Part shown: one piece after another, positions 32,893-46,689 of the stretch
How the letters are laid out: each line of letters begins with the position of its first letter
Position numbering within the stretch: the first letter of the stretch is position 1
Source of the DNA: Octopus sinensis
Taxonomy: Eukaryota
Direction: 5' to 3'
Length of the DNA stretch: 64,000 nucleotides
Assembly: GCF_006345805.1 (NCBI RefSeq)
Contig: NC_043004.1
Location: 103,974,001-104,038,000, forward strand
Program-made: the position numbers and the translations under genes
The notes under the pieces: generated by a model
What the model saw: only the letters and a program-made list of their open reading frames with translations
Told to the model about the DNA's origin: nothing
Database searches by the model: none

Positions 32893-34061
32893 ATGAATCC
32901 ATGTACAAAAGAAGCCTTGGAACTGTCTGAATTTCAAAGAGGCTGTATTGTGGGTCATTCTGAAGGTGGATATAGTCAGCGTAAAATTGCAGAAAACCTT
33001 GGGATCCCGCTTTCTACAGTTAATAGAGTGATTGTGCAATTCACCAGAGAGAGGGAAGGAGTCCACAGCACCTTGTCCAAATCAATCAGGGCCCTCTGAC
33101 AGGACCCTTCTCTTTGCTAAGAGAAGTGTGAAGGATAATCCTTGTTGCAAGACCTCTAACATAGCAGAACAAGTTGATGTCAGTCCCAGAACAGCTGTCA
33201 GATATCTTCACTAACTTGGTTACTATGGCAGAACAGCAAGAAGGAAGCCCCTTCTTCGACCAGCAAACGTCAAGCAGAGAAAAGATTGGGCCAGTGAGAT
33301 GGTGGAGAGGTCACTAGCATTTTGGGACACTGTCATATTCTTGTATTTCCTGATAGTGGTCGAGTGTGGGCCCGGAGACCCTGTGATTAAGAATTTGACG
33401 TGAAAAGATTGCAGCCATTCTATGATGGTCTGGGAAGCAATTTGGAGCAATGGTTGATCAGAACTAGTGGAGTGTGAAGGAAACATAAACTCAGATAAAT
33501 ATGTGTCCATATTGCTGAAAGGATTCCTTCTAATCTTCTCCAATGGTGAAATGATTAAAGAAGACTCTTTATGCATGGAAGATGGGGCTTGTCACACGGT
33601 TAAAATGACCGAAGATTTATTGAATGAGAATGGCATTAAAAAGCTTCCATGGCTAAGCCAGTGACCAGATATGAACCCTACTGAACACATCTGGGACATA
33701 ATCATTTCTACTATAGGCACAAGGCCTGAAATTTTGGGGGCGGAAGGCCAGTTGATTACATCGACCCCAGTGTTTCACTGGTACTTAATTTATCGACCCT
33801 GAAAGGATGAAAGGCAAAGTCGACTCGGTAGCATTTGAACTCAGAACAGGCGAAATACCGCTCAAGCATTCCGCCCAGCAAGCTAACGTTTCTGCTAACT
33901 CGTCGCCTTAATGGGACATAATGGACAGGACACTTCATGAAGAGATACTGCATGAAAGTTGGTAAGAAATTCCGCAAGAGAATGTTCGTCATCTGATCAG
34001 TAGCAGGTCTAATAGGGTCTTTGCATTGAAAAATTCAAAGAGCATGTCAACTAAATTTTAA
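32893..34061 (+). pseudogene. Tc1 (DD34E-type) transposase pseudogene, interrupted by a SINE
   Basis: [38 protein letters not shown] (paired-like HTH), LGYYGRTARRKPLL, GNINSDKYVSIL, EDGACHT, LPWLSQ*PDMNPTEHIWD, and a C-terminal EIPQENVRHLISS after the SINE. Confidence 0.92.
33703..33911 (-). mobile_element. SINE family A inserted into the Tc1 ORF with an 11-bp TSD
   Basis: TGGGACATAAT at 33692-33702 and 33912-33922 flanks the SINE. Confidence 0.92.
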
Positions 34062-34171
34062 GTATTCACATTATAACAATTAATAAATAATCTGAATGTA
34101 TAATTTCAGATTTGAATAAATTTTAGTGATTATAAAGGTGCTTGTTTCCTTCTGTCATGTTTGTGTATACA

Positions 34172-34204
<33 letters not shown>

Positions 34205-34232
34205 TGTGTGTGGTGAGTATGTGTGTGTGTAT

Positions 34233-34285
<53 letters not shown>

Positions 34286-35099
34286 TGTATGTGTGTGTCT
34301 GTAGTAGAGCTACGTAGCTTTGTGATCAGGTTGTTGCATTCATGATCGAAAGATTGTGTTTTTGAAAGTGTTCTTGAGCAAGACACTTCATTTCACATTA
34401 TTCCAGTCCATTCAGCTGACCAAGATGAGTGATTCTGAGACGCACCTGTTTCCAGTCCGTCTTGCGGAACGGATATATACACCACAGAATCCGGAGAAAC
34501 CGGCTTCATGAGCCTATGGCTCGGGAAGAACTTTCCATCCTTTGATATGCATATACTTATGTATATAGATATGTGTGTGCTTGCTTGTTTATTTGTATGT
34601 GTGCACGCGTGTGTTAGAGTGTGTGTGTGTGTGTGTGTGTGCTTGCTCGTTTATTTGTGTGTGTGTGTGCGCGCGCGCGTAAATTTCTCTAAAATTTCAC
34701 GAAATTCTGCCAAAGGATATTTGGATTTACCTGTCGTGCATGAGGATTCACCTGAGATCTGTATTCTACTTACATTTACTGGTGTCTAATTATCGAATAT
34801 TGTTAACCAAGTCTTTTCATACTGAGTCTTTTATTGATATCTGACAGGATGTTGTAAATCCCTTGGGTTCATATACGCACGCACGCGCACACACGCATGC
34901 ACACACACACACGCACACACACACACACACGCACACACACGCACGCACACACACACCACACACACACACACACACATAACAGACGATGGATAAATGTCAG
35001 TTCATTACAGTTAATAGCATACTTTTGCTAATTGTTTAAGATGCCTATGTTGCCACAGTCAGACACACTCTGCTGGCTTACCTCATCCTTTGACCCAGC

Positions 35100-35315
35100 A
35101 GAACATACATACATATAGGTATGTATGTATGGATATGTGTATGTATGTATGTATGTATGTATGTATGTGTGTGGTGTATGTATGTATGTATGTATATGTA
35201 TATATATGCATATATATACATATATATATATATGTATAAAAGGTGGGCATACACACATACACATGTGTATATATATATATACATATTTGTTTGTATGTAT
35301 GTCTTTGTGTGCATA

Positions 35316-35375
<60 letters not shown>

Positions 35376-35444
35376 TGTATGTATGTATATGTATGTATAC
35401 GTACATACATGCACATATACACACATACACACACATTTGCAGAT

Positions 35445-35515
<71 letters not shown>
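35100..35515. repeat. (TATG)n/(TA)n/(GATA)n microsatellites
   Basis: Direct reading. Confidence 0.97.
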
Positions 35516-35517
<2 letters not shown>

Positions 35518-37029
35518 CAAGGTAGAGACGACAGCAGCTGTCGATGATGTAATTTTACGATGTTCATGCCTTTCCGCTGCCAATTGTATTAGCAGACACG
35601 TAATGAGGTTTGAATATCTTTCTTCAATGAAAACATGAATTGAAAACGCCGTCGTCGTTCCGTCACCGTCAGCGTCTCGTCTTGTACGTAATGTCTACAC
35701 CACAAGTTTACCACCGATTTTGTTCGGCTAATGAAAGCTAATAAATATTGCAGCCGACCGATTGCGGTTGGATGGATGATTGGATAACGGCGGCGACGGC
35801 ATGGTCGGTTGTGATGGCGCTGAACACAGTTGTGGTGTTGGTGTTGTGTTGGTGCTGGTGTTGTGTTGGTGTTGGTTTTGGATATGTTGATAGTGGTGGT
35901 GGTGATGGTGGCCATCTTGTTTGTGATTATGGTGATGATAATAATAATAATAAGGACATCGGCGGCGGCGGTGCTGGTAATAGTGGGCCTACAGTCGTCG
36001 GGATAAGGGAGTAAGTAGGTTCCCCTTCCAAATATATTATGCCAACAGCGAGGTATAAGGCTGCGATTGTTAATGCATTGATGGGTTTCCAAAATAAACA
36101 GGATTCAAGAGGAGACTCATTAGAATTTCAAAAGACTCAGCCAAACAATAAACCCTCAGTTATTTTGACTCGGCTTTGTTTTCACTACGTAGATGTTTTT
36201 TTTTTGTTTGATTTTATTTCTCTTATTCTTTTTTATTGTTTTTTTATTCTTCTTCTTATTATTATTTTCATTCATTCGTACATACATTTATTTATTTATT
36301 CATTTATTTATTTACTTATTCATTTATTTGTCTTCTCCGTTTCTTTTGTCTATCTGTCTATCTGTCTGTCTGTCTATCTGTCTGTCTGTCTGTCTGTGTA
36401 CCCTTGTATTATTGTTTCTGCCTATTGTTGCTGCCGTTGTTGTTGTTGTTGTCGTAGTCGTCGTCGTCGTCATCATCGTGGTACTTATTATTATTGTCAG
36501 CGGTGGCGGCGGCAGCGGTGGCGGCGGCAGCGGTGGCGGCGGCAGCGGCGGCCATGTTATTGTCATTGACATCGTTTCTATTGTTTTTAATTGTTGTTTT
36601 TGTCATGGACGCCGTAGTCGTTAACTTCGTTGCTGCTGTTGTTGTTGTCGTCGTTGTTATTGCTGTTATTGTTGTAGTTGTTGCCGTCGTAGTGATTGTA
36701 ATCGTTGTTGTTGTTGTTGTTGTTATTTTATGTTATTGAAATGGAAGAATCGGCAGACAATATTTTTATCTACACGGAGAAATTATGTCCAACTTCTGAA
36801 TATGAAACATGGAAACCCACGAGGATAATTAAGGAAGGCGGCGGCGGAAGAGATGATGTAGGGGAGGAGGAGATTGGAGGAGGTGAAGCGCAGAACTGGA
36901 GGAAGAAGAGGAGGAAGACAATGAAGAAGAAGAAGAAGAAAAAGAAGAAGAAGAAGAAGAAGAAGAAGAACGACTGTAACCCTAATAAGATAAAGAAAAT
37001 TGAAATGATATTGACGAAGGAAAAGAAAA

Positions 37030-37094
37030 CAACGAAATAGATGGTGGCGATGACGACGACGACGACGACGACAGACAACGATTATGATGACGGC

Positions 37095-37126
<32 letters not shown>

Positions 37127-37182
37127 CGGCGATGATAAATGAGGATGATCATGATGATGACGGCGATTATAATGATGACGGC

Positions 37183-37223
<41 letters not shown>

Positions 37224-37251
37224 CGACGACGATTATTATGACGATGACAGC

Positions 37252-37302
<51 letters not shown>

Positions 37303-37680
37303 ATGATTATGATGATGACGGCAATTATTATGATGATGACGGCGATGATAAATGAAGATGATGATGATGACAGCGATTATAATGATGACGACGATGATGA
37401 TGATAGTGACGACGGCGATGATGATGAAGATGATGATGACGACGACGATTATTATGATGATGACAGCGATGATGATGGCGGTGAAGATGATGCTGGTGAT
37501 AATGCTGGTAATACTGATGATGACGCTGACGTTGGTGGTAGTGACAAGGAGGACGAAAATGAAAGTAAATAAATGCCCAAAGAAAGAAAAAATGAAAGAA
37601 AGAAGCAAAGGGAAAAGAGAGGAGGATGACGACGACGAATAATAATAATAATGATGATGATGATGATGATGATGATAAGA
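37030..37680. repeat. (GAT)n/(GAC)n compound trinucleotide tract with an internal ~210-bp duplication
   Basis: GATGACGGCGATGATAAATGAGGATGAT..GCGATTATAATGATGAC..GATTATTATGACGATGACAGCGAT occurs twice, at about 37125-37255 and 37335-37470. Confidence 0.9.
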
Positions 37681-37957
37681 AGAAGAAACAACACAACAAC
37701 AACAACGACTGTGAATAGGAAGAGGAGGAGGAGGGGAGAGGGATGAAGAGAAGGAGAGAAAGATGTCGATGGCAAAGAGTTCGTGATAGTGTGAATACAA
37801 GATGGCGAGGCTATCGTTTCAATGTCTGTAACATTAGGGCTCGTTCTCAATCTAACGATGCTATGCGAAATATTTCATTTTAATTTGAACCCGGAAAGAA
37901 AATAAAGATAATTATTATTGCCAAACACAAAAGAAAAACAAAATGAAAAGACTTACA

Positions 37958-37997
<40 letters not shown>

Positions 37998-38486
37998 TGC
38001 ATACATGTGCATGTGCGCGCGAGGGTGTGCGTGCATATGTGCATATGTATGTGTACATGTATGTGTGCGTGTATATAGATATATAGATATATATATGTAG
38101 ATATTAACGAATATATACTCATGTTATTATACATGCATACCAACATACATGCATTTTACGCATACACACACATGCATATATTATATAATATATATATATA
38201 TATATAGATAGAGAGAGAGGAGAGAGAGAGATATTGATATATATAGATAGAGAGAGAGAGGGAGATAGAGAAGAGAGAGATATAGATAGATGATAGATAG
38301 ATAGATAGATAGATGATGATAGATAGATATGATAGATAGATGATAGATAGATAGATAGATAGATATTGCATATTGTATATGTATGTGTGGTGTGCGTACG
38401 TGCATATCTCTCTCTCTCTCTATATATATATATATACATATATACATACACATATATGTGTGTGCGTTTGTGAGTGTATATATACA

Positions 38487-38519
<33 letters not shown>

Positions 38520-38750
38520 CTGTGTGTGTGGTGTATGCCTTACATCTGAACGCAAATAAGCGTACGTATATATAAAAGAGGAAGAGAAATGCCTGTGTGG
38601 GGATTGAATGTATGCCGATCTTTCGAGTGTGGACGGAAATGTTGCCGGTTTTACAAACCGTTTCTTCTTCCGCATTCAAACGTATAAACACATGCATGCG
38701 TATACATGCACATAATCACACACGCATCTTGCCATTCTATTCCTTTCTAT

Positions 38751-38783
<33 letters not shown>

Positions 38784-38862
38784 CATTCATACATACGCAT
38801 GTATAATATGTCTGTTTTGATATATGCTTGTATGCATTTGTATGTATGTATGTATGTATGTT

Positions 38863-38913
<51 letters not shown>

Positions 38914-39169
38914 AATATGTATATACGTATTTATGTATATATATATTATCTATATATATACGTATTTATGTATATATATATACTATATATATATGTTATA
39001 TACATATATCATCTATATATAATATATACTATAGCTATGTATATATATATATATATATACATGAATATATATATATATAATAGAGAGAGCAAGAGAGGGA
39101 GATGTATGTATGTGTATATAGGTATGTACATATATAATATATATATATATTATATATATATATACATAG

Positions 39170-39200
<31 letters not shown>

Positions 39201-40039
39201 TTAGATAGATAGATAATCATACACACACACACATACATACATACATACATACATATAACATACATACATACATACATACATACATACAATTCATGTTAGC
39301 ACACACATGAAAGGACGCGAAAAACGCGCCATCTGCACACATGAATAACGCCAGAAGATCCTCTTCCCTGGTTAATAACTATAAACGCGATGGAGAGAGA
39401 AAGAAAGAAAAATATAAAGAGAGAATGAGAGAGATAGAGACAGAGAGCAGGAAGGGGGCTGAGAGAGAGAGAGAGAGATAGAGAGTGAGGAGAGAGGGAA
39501 AGTGAGAAGAGAGATAAATGATGGGAAGAGAGCGGTAAGGAAGTTACTGTTGTGACCTCGTTTTGAACTTTTCGTGGAATTAAAAACGGGAATTTCCCAA
39601 TATCTAGATTTCGCCGAATCACTGGAAACTCTCTGAAGTAAATCTATCTTTTGTCCTTCCTTTCTTCCTTCCTCTCTTTCTGTTATTTTCATTCAATACG
39701 TAGTTTGTGTTATCGGGGAATTCTACTCGCTGCTGGTTCAGTCGTTTTGTGTGGGCCGTGCGCTATTCTGCTCCTCTTTACGCTCTGCGTTCAATTCCTG
39801 CCGTGGCACCTGTTTCTTTTCGTTTTATTTTCATCCATTCCCGGGTGGGTATAATTAAATGTCCAATCATTCTGTTCCCTTACACCTGTGTTAGATATCA
39901 TTATTAGTATTGGATGGCCCGTCGAGGTCGACTTTACCTTTTACCTTTTCAGTGCCAATAAAATAAGTACCAGTTGAGCACTGGTATATACCGACTTGCC
40001 CATCCCCTTAAAATTGTTGGCTTGCGTCTATAGTATTCC

Positions 40040-40216
40040 TATTGTTTTAGTCAGTTGACTTCAGCCATACTGGAGCACCGCATTTAGTCGAGCAAATCGA
40101 CCCCAGGACTTTTCATTTGTAACCCTAGTACTTATATCGGTATTTTCTGCCGAACTGCTATGTTACGGGGATATAAACACACCAGTAACGGTTGTCAAGC
40201 GATGTTGAGGGGACAA

Positions 40217-40257
<41 letters not shown>

Positions 40258-40814
40258 CAACGGGCTTCTTTCAGTTTCCGTCTACCAAATCCAGTCATAA
40301 GGCTTTCTGTCGGCCCGGGGCTCTAGTAGAAGATACTTGCCCAAGATGCCAAGCAGTGGGACTGAATCCGGAACCATGTGGTTGGGAAGCAAGCTACTTA
40401 CCACACAGCCAGTAGAACCCATTATTAATATTTATCTTTCCTCTTTTACTTGTTTCAGTCATGACTGTGGCCATGCTGGGGCACAGCCTTGAAGAATCTT
40501 TAGTCTATTGAATCGACCCCAGTACTTATTTTTTTCTTAAGTCTGGTATTTTTTCTATCGGGGTCTTTTGCCGCACCGCTAAGTTGCGGGAGACGTAAAC
40601 ACAATAACACCAGTTGTCAAGCAGTGATGAGGAACAAACACAGACACACACACACACACCACACACACACACACTCTCTCTCTCTCTCTCTCTCTCTCCT
40701 CCCTCTCTCCCTCTCTCTCTTTCTCTCTCCCCCTCTCTCTCCTCCCTCTCTCTCTCCCTCTCTCTCTTTCTCTCCCCCTCTCTCTCTTTCTCTCCCTCTC
40801 TCCCTCTCTCTCTT

Positions 40815-40845
<31 letters not shown>

Positions 40846-40995
40846 TTCTCATTCGACGGGCTTCCGTCAATCAAATCCACTCACAAGGCTTTGGTCGTCC
40901 CAAGGCTATAGTAGAAGATACTTGCCCAAGGTGCACTGTAATGGGACTGAACTCGGAACCGTGTGCTTGGAAAGCAAACTTCTTACCACAGTACC
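40040..40995 (-). mobile_element. Two tandem full-length SINE family B copies; the second has a (CT)n expansion
   Basis: 40040-40415 and 40440-40995 each match 52720-53135. Confidence 0.9.
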
Positions 40996-41279
40996 ACGTC
41001 TACATCTCTAGATGTTCTGTGTCTAAATCTTACTGCGGTTCCTTTTTTTTTCGTTTTCATCCCGCCCGGCTAGGTATAATGAAATGTCCGAGCACTGGGA
41101 CCGTTCTATGTATTTCCCTGGTACTTTCATATTCTTAGGAAAACGAAGAATATTGTATAAAGCCAGATACTGCAACTGTTCTTGAAAAATGTTACTTATT
41201 AGAAACAATATTTCATTTAGAATAAGTTTGTGAATTAGAAAAACTGGCTCTCAGTCGGCTATGCTGACGAGGGTTCCAG

Positions 41280-41540
41280 TTGAAATTAATGTGCAAGTGG
41301 CTGAGTACTCCACAGACACGTGTATCCCTAACGTAGCTCTTGTGGATATTCAGCGTGACACAGAATGTGACAAGGCCGGCCCTTTGAAATACAGGTACTG
41401 CTCAATTTTGATCAGCTGAGTGAACCAGAGCAACGGGAAATAAAATGTCTTGCTCAGGGACACAACGCGTCGCCAGGAATTGAACTCACGACCTTACGAT
41501 CATGAGCCGAATACCCCAACCACTAAGCCACGCGCCTTCA
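41280..41540 (-). mobile_element. SINE family C (long-body type)
   Basis: Reverse complement of the 24290-24645 body: GTGCAAGTGGCTGAGTACTCCACAGACACGTG..TTTGAAATACAGGTAC..GAATTGAACTCACGACC. Confidence 0.82.
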
Positions 41541-41609
41541 CTGTCAATTAGAAAAGTATAACCATAATAGCATATTTGCCCTGTAAACAATATTTTCTCT
41601 ATTACCATC

Positions 41610-41825
41610 CTTTTCTATTCTAGGCACAAGACCCGATATTTTGGGGGAGGGGGGCAGTCGATTAGCTCGACCCCAGTACGCAACTGGTACTTAATTTACC
41701 GACCCCAAAAGGATGAAAGGCAAAGCCGACCTCGGCGGAATTCAAACTCAGAATGTAAAGACAGACGAAATACCGCTAAGTATTTTGCCCGGCGTGCTAA
41801 CATTTCTGCCAGCTCGCCGCCTTGC
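41610..41825 (-). mobile_element. SINE family A, full length
   Basis: TAGGCACAAGACC..GTCGATTAGCTCGACCCCAG..AAAGGCAAAGCCGACCTCGGCGGAATTCAAACTCAG..GCTAAC. Confidence 0.9.
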
Positions 41826-42386
41826 ATATTTGCCCTGAAAACAACATAAGGGACCTTCTTTTCCTTATTACTATTTATATGCTTTTTTTGGGGGGTTTTT
41901 TTGGCGGCGTGGGGTTTGTTTTTTGCTATTTTTTCCAGTTCTCTGAACGCTTGGATCTACAATCCACATCCACGCCTCTATTACTGTTCTTATCTCACTT
42001 TCATTCTTCCTTTGTCTAGCATTCTTAGGTCACTTGCACAGCCAAATTGGACAATAGTGTCGGAAGGTATCGAAATTGTGATGACCTTTGGCTAACAACT
42101 CATGAAGGACTGAGCATGGCTGTTTCCGGAATATGATTTTTCCTTTCTGCTTTCTTCCTAAATTCGTTTGTCGTACTCCTTGGTCACATTTTCTCATCAT
42201 ATATGTATATATGTGTGGCGTGTGTGTTGGTGATGGTGGTGGTGGTGATGGTGGTGGTGGTGGTGATGGTGGTGGTGGTGGTGGTGGTGGGAGGCTAGTG
42301 GTTAGAGTATTGGGCTCATGATCCCGAGATCGTGGTTTCAATTCCTAGACCGGGTGGTGCGTTATGTTCTTGAGCAAAACACTTCA

Positions 42387-42423
<37 letters not shown>

Positions 42424-43811
42424 CACACACACATAGATATACATATATGTATGTATATGTGTGTGTGCGCGTGCGTAAGTATGTATGTATGTATGTATGT
42501 ATGTATGTATGTATGTATGTATGTATGTTTGTATATATATATACATATATAAACCGCATTCTAAATAGCTGATGCAACAGTTCTGAGTGAATCGACATTC
42601 TCGGAAGAACGGAACAACTGAAACTTGCTAGTGCCTTTTATTCTCTTAAACGCACTTATCCGAACAAAATTAAATTCATCTCATTCTATTTATTTTAGGT
42701 TTTAATGAATTCGACATATGTCGGGGGCTGCTGCTAGTTTTTAATAATGGGGACTTGCGATTGCGACTGAAGCCACTACTAGTTTTAATATGAGATGGTG
42801 GAATTGCTAATGCTCCAGGTTGAAGTTCCCATCAGTATCTAATTTGGTCCATTTCTGTTGTCGCTGTTAAGATGGCACATTTTATATCGTCGTTTGCTGC
42901 CCAAAACAAATTATACAGCTACATCCATATCAGTACACCCTGGAAAAGTCCCGGGTATTACGCCGGTTTTCCTATGGCTTCACTGTTTTTTTCATTACAT
43001 CAGCTTCGTGAAATATTTGAAAAATTTCCGAATATCCTAGCACGCCTCGTGACTTCAGCGCTTGGTCCGAGGCTGACTTTGCCGTAGAACATGTGATTTA
43101 CTCACTAAACCTTGCCTTTTATTACTGTTAAGTACCTTTAAGTTGTCTCTTCCCATATGTTTTAAATGGTTTGGCACACCTTTTTTGTCCATACCTTCAA
43201 TGAAGACGAATAAAATTACGGTAAGGGGAATTTTGTAGAGCTTGCTTCAGAGCTAGGGCTGAGACTGAGTTTAGTCCATGTCTGCGACTAAACCTTATAT
43301 TTAAGGTTATCTGTGCACCACTTCTTGGAAATAGCAGTACATTCACTGAACACAGATTACAGTACATGTACCATATTATTGGGAAGAGTGCCAGGGATGC
43401 AACAACCAATTGTTTTGAATGTTTTGAGAGCGAGCCATATATTTATTGTCTGCCAATGTCTCCACTCTGATATGGCCGTGACCTTAGCTTCGTTGTTCAT
43501 TTCTTTATTTTCTGATATCGTACCACTTTCATAATTTTTATTTTTATTTTTTTTTTACAAAATTTTGTTAACATTCTTCATTACTGCCACTATTTGTAAA
43601 AAGAAAACTTCTCTGGGTGTGTTTCTACTGCAAGTGTTTGAAGCGACCACAGCCTCATCTACACGGTGCATTACTTATTAATTTTTCCACTGATATTTAT
43701 CGAACATCTTTTATCAGTGTTTGTTATATTTTAATTTTTTTTTAATATTAACATTCTTTACTATTGCCACTTTATTTGTAAAAAGAAAACTTATCAAAAC
43801 CTGCCAGTCCA

Positions 43812-44113
43812 TAACTAAAATATTCCTTTCTACTCTAGGCACAAGGCCTCAAATTTTGGGGTAGGGGGCCAGTCGATTAGATCAACCCCAGTATGCAACT
43901 GGTACTTAATTTCTTGACCCCGAAAGAATGAAAGGCAAAGTCGACCTCAGCGAAACATAACCAAAATATTTTTTTCTACTCTAGGCACAAGGCCTGAAAC
44001 TTTTGGGGCGAGGACCAGTCGATTAGATCGACCCCAGTACACAACTGGTACTTAATTTATCGACTCTGAAAGGATGAAAGGCAAAGTCGACCTCGGCGAA
44101 ACAACCAAAATAT
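43812..44113 (-). mobile_element. Tandem pair of identically 5'-truncated SINE family A copies
   Basis: Both copies end at GACCTC(A/G)GCGAAA. The motif AAC(T/C)AAAATATT occurs before, between and after them. Confidence 0.88.
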
Positions 44114-44189
44114 TAAGATACAATAACCTCATTAGTAACTTTTGACCCCATAATCTTTAAAAACTTCGTTCACATTAAAATCCTTAAAT

Positions 44190-45443
44190 GTTATGATTGC
44201 TTCACTCTCATTCAGTTCCTGGCTGTCATTTTCCTCAAGTTCCTGGAATTCATCAACTTCCTCGCATTCCTTGAGATCATCGTTGTTTTCAGAAGCAGAA
44301 GTGTTCTTATCGTTATATCAAAAATCCTCTTCAATGCCTTCTACGGTGTTACTGTTACCACATTTTTTGAAACCTTTTATAATTGTTTCGGTTTTCACTG
44401 CTTCCCCCGAATTTTTCACCCAATGGGCTCTTTGGGAAAATGTAGGCTTCTTCTGTTGGTGTCAGTTCATGTTGCGGGTCCTGCATCCAGTTATCCCACT
44501 CCTCTCTCATGTGTCCCTTGAAAGGCTTGTTTATTGAAACATCAAGGGGTTGTAATTGGAAAGTCAATCCCCCAGATATTACAGCTATTTCAACGTGTAA
44601 ATGCTTTACCCTCCTTACTGTACTCTCAGTTGTGTGTTCACGAAACTGCTCCCAGACAAGAAGGGATGGTGTTTTGTGTAAAGCACCAAGATGCCTTTAT
44701 CATACTCTATCTAACCATAACTTTATGTGATTTTCGTCCATCCACCCCTTAGGGTGGACGTGAATAACAACTGATGGAAAATGGTCCCTTGGAAGTGTTT
44801 TTCTTTTAAATATTAAAAGTGGTGGCAGTTTCGTGCCATCTGCACAACAAGCCAATACTACGGTGTAGTGTGTTTTACAAGTCCTATTGTTTTAATAGTA
44901 ACTGCTTTGCTACCTGTAGCCACTACAGTTCTGTTTGAGGGAACATCAAATATCAGTGGCACCTCGTCCATATTTGCAATATGACAGAGTTCGTAGTTGC
45001 TGTGTTGTCTTGCACGTATCACAAATCGGTAAAATTCCAGTATCTTGTTTTCGTATTCTTCTGGCATTTTCTGCGCTATCCTTGTCTTTTTTTAGGCATA
45101 GCAAACCCGTTTCTCTTCATGAAATGAAAACACCAGCTTGCACAGCCATTAAAATCATAATGACCGCTTCCATGACTTTAGCTTGAAACATTATGGCTTT
45201 AGTTGACAGTTATCTGCAACCCAGGTTTTTAACTCATTTTCAAGTTCTGGCCATTTTGCCTTTGGTTTCCGCAGGTTATGCTTCCATTTTTCAGCCTGTT
45301 GTAGTTCATCCTCCTGTTTTCTCCCCATCCGTACCATTTTCTCCGCTGGAGGTGGTCCAAAATGTCTAGCAGCCGCTCTGTTACTGTGTTCTCACTTGCA
45401 ATCTGTGGCTAATAGTCTAACTGTGCCTTTTCTGCGACTCCAT
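44190..45443 (-). pseudogene. pogo/Tigger-family transposase pseudogene (Brinker-like DBD, CENP-B HTH, DDE_1)
   Basis: Fragments NRAAARHFGPPPAEKMVR, KAKWPELENELKTWV, SWCFHFMKRNGF, ANMDEVPLIFDVPSNRTV, VVLACCADGTKLPPLLIFKRKT, FQLQPLDVSINKPFKGHMREEWDNWM and an acidic C-terminus, with multiple frameshifts. Confidence 0.92.
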
Positions 45444-46599
45444 TCTATTAGGGTACTGATATTCTGAAAAAAGTGAATATTAGTAAAAAAGTGGTGCAAA
45501 AAGTACCGTTAGACACTATTACCGTACGGTTATTCATAAATATGTTTCTCCACTTCACTGAATGATAATATTTGCTCCAGTAAATGTTACTGATATTTAC
45601 TGTAATTCTGATTGAACAGACAGGGAATAGCAATGGGCTACGCCGAGGGGGTCTGTGTTCAAACAGGTGATGTCGATGCTTTTGGCTGGCTGCTCACTGC
45701 AACTGCGCATATAATTTGTCGGTGTCAGACTCGGTCGGGACTATCAAAACAAAACAATGTCCACGAGATGGCTATAACGGAGAGACAATTGTTCCGCTGT
45801 TTGTTTAAGTGTTAGATAGAAGTGAAGTATTTTGTGCTTTGTTGAAGATTTGTTTTATTTATACGATACTGTTACTTGTTGATACATGGAATATAACAAT
45901 GGTTACTGGTTGGAAATCTATAAACACTTATAATAACGAGAGGTTTGCCTCACCACAACCAGTAGTTTAACGAATTATCACAGTCACTTATGGAACATTC
46001 TATGTTTAACCTATTATGGTATTTTGGTAGTTTCAAAAATTATCATACGGAAAAATGTCTGGTTTCCAGTACAATCGTGAGAAACTGAAAGTGAATTCAA
46101 ACTGCGCGCCATGGTGCATGTTAGTTTCCAAGCCACTCGATTGGCGGCGCCACTTCCATTTTTTTTTTGGTTTGGTAAGCAAAGATGATAAGTGCATGTT
46201 ACGATGGGCAAACTTTGATTACGGCATTATCAACCCATTTTATTCATAAGTATTGCCCCCAGTGTTAATTGTGAATAAAACCTACTTCGTTTAGGGAAGT
46301 AGAAAAGCTAAAATGTGTATTGCTGAGATTAAGCAGAAAAATAAACATAATTACTGGTATGTGCGTTGAGCAGTGTCTCTCCAGACGAATTCAACAAAGC
46401 GCCACGGAGGACCGTGAACCCCAGCACTAGTAAATACGGGGTGTGGGGATATAGAATGTGTACATGTGGCATATACAAGGTCTGTACACATCGTGTACAG
46501 CGTAACATACCATTATATTCACTTGGAAGTTGCTTGAGTTGTTTGTATTGTAAAACAAGGAGGATACCAAGGTCCAGAGCTGGGCCTTAAACCCGAACC

Positions 46600-46677
46600 T
46601 CACCATGAAGGACGCACAGTGATTTTGAGGGTCAAATTTTGAGAAAAAAAGAGCGTCTTATATGCCGCAAAATATGG
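46600..46677. mobile_element. pogo-type terminal inverted repeat end (likely the 5' end of the 44190-45443 element)
   Basis: GAGCGTCTTATATGCCGCAAAATATGG|TA resembles the reverse complement of pogo-type termini CCGTATTTTCCGGCGTATAAGACGC. The partner TIR was not found. Confidence 0.6.
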
Positions 46678-46689
46678 TATCATTATTTA

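Noticed and set aside
34770-34845. Minus-strand AAT|GTAAGT donor with an upstream AG
   Set aside because: All frames between acceptor and donor contain stops.
37084-37572. Asp-rich ORF resembling acidic biomineralisation proteins
   Set aside because: The poly-Asp frame is broken by ..GATAAATGA.. shifts, there is no signal peptide or splice context, and it is part of a larger (GAT)n field.
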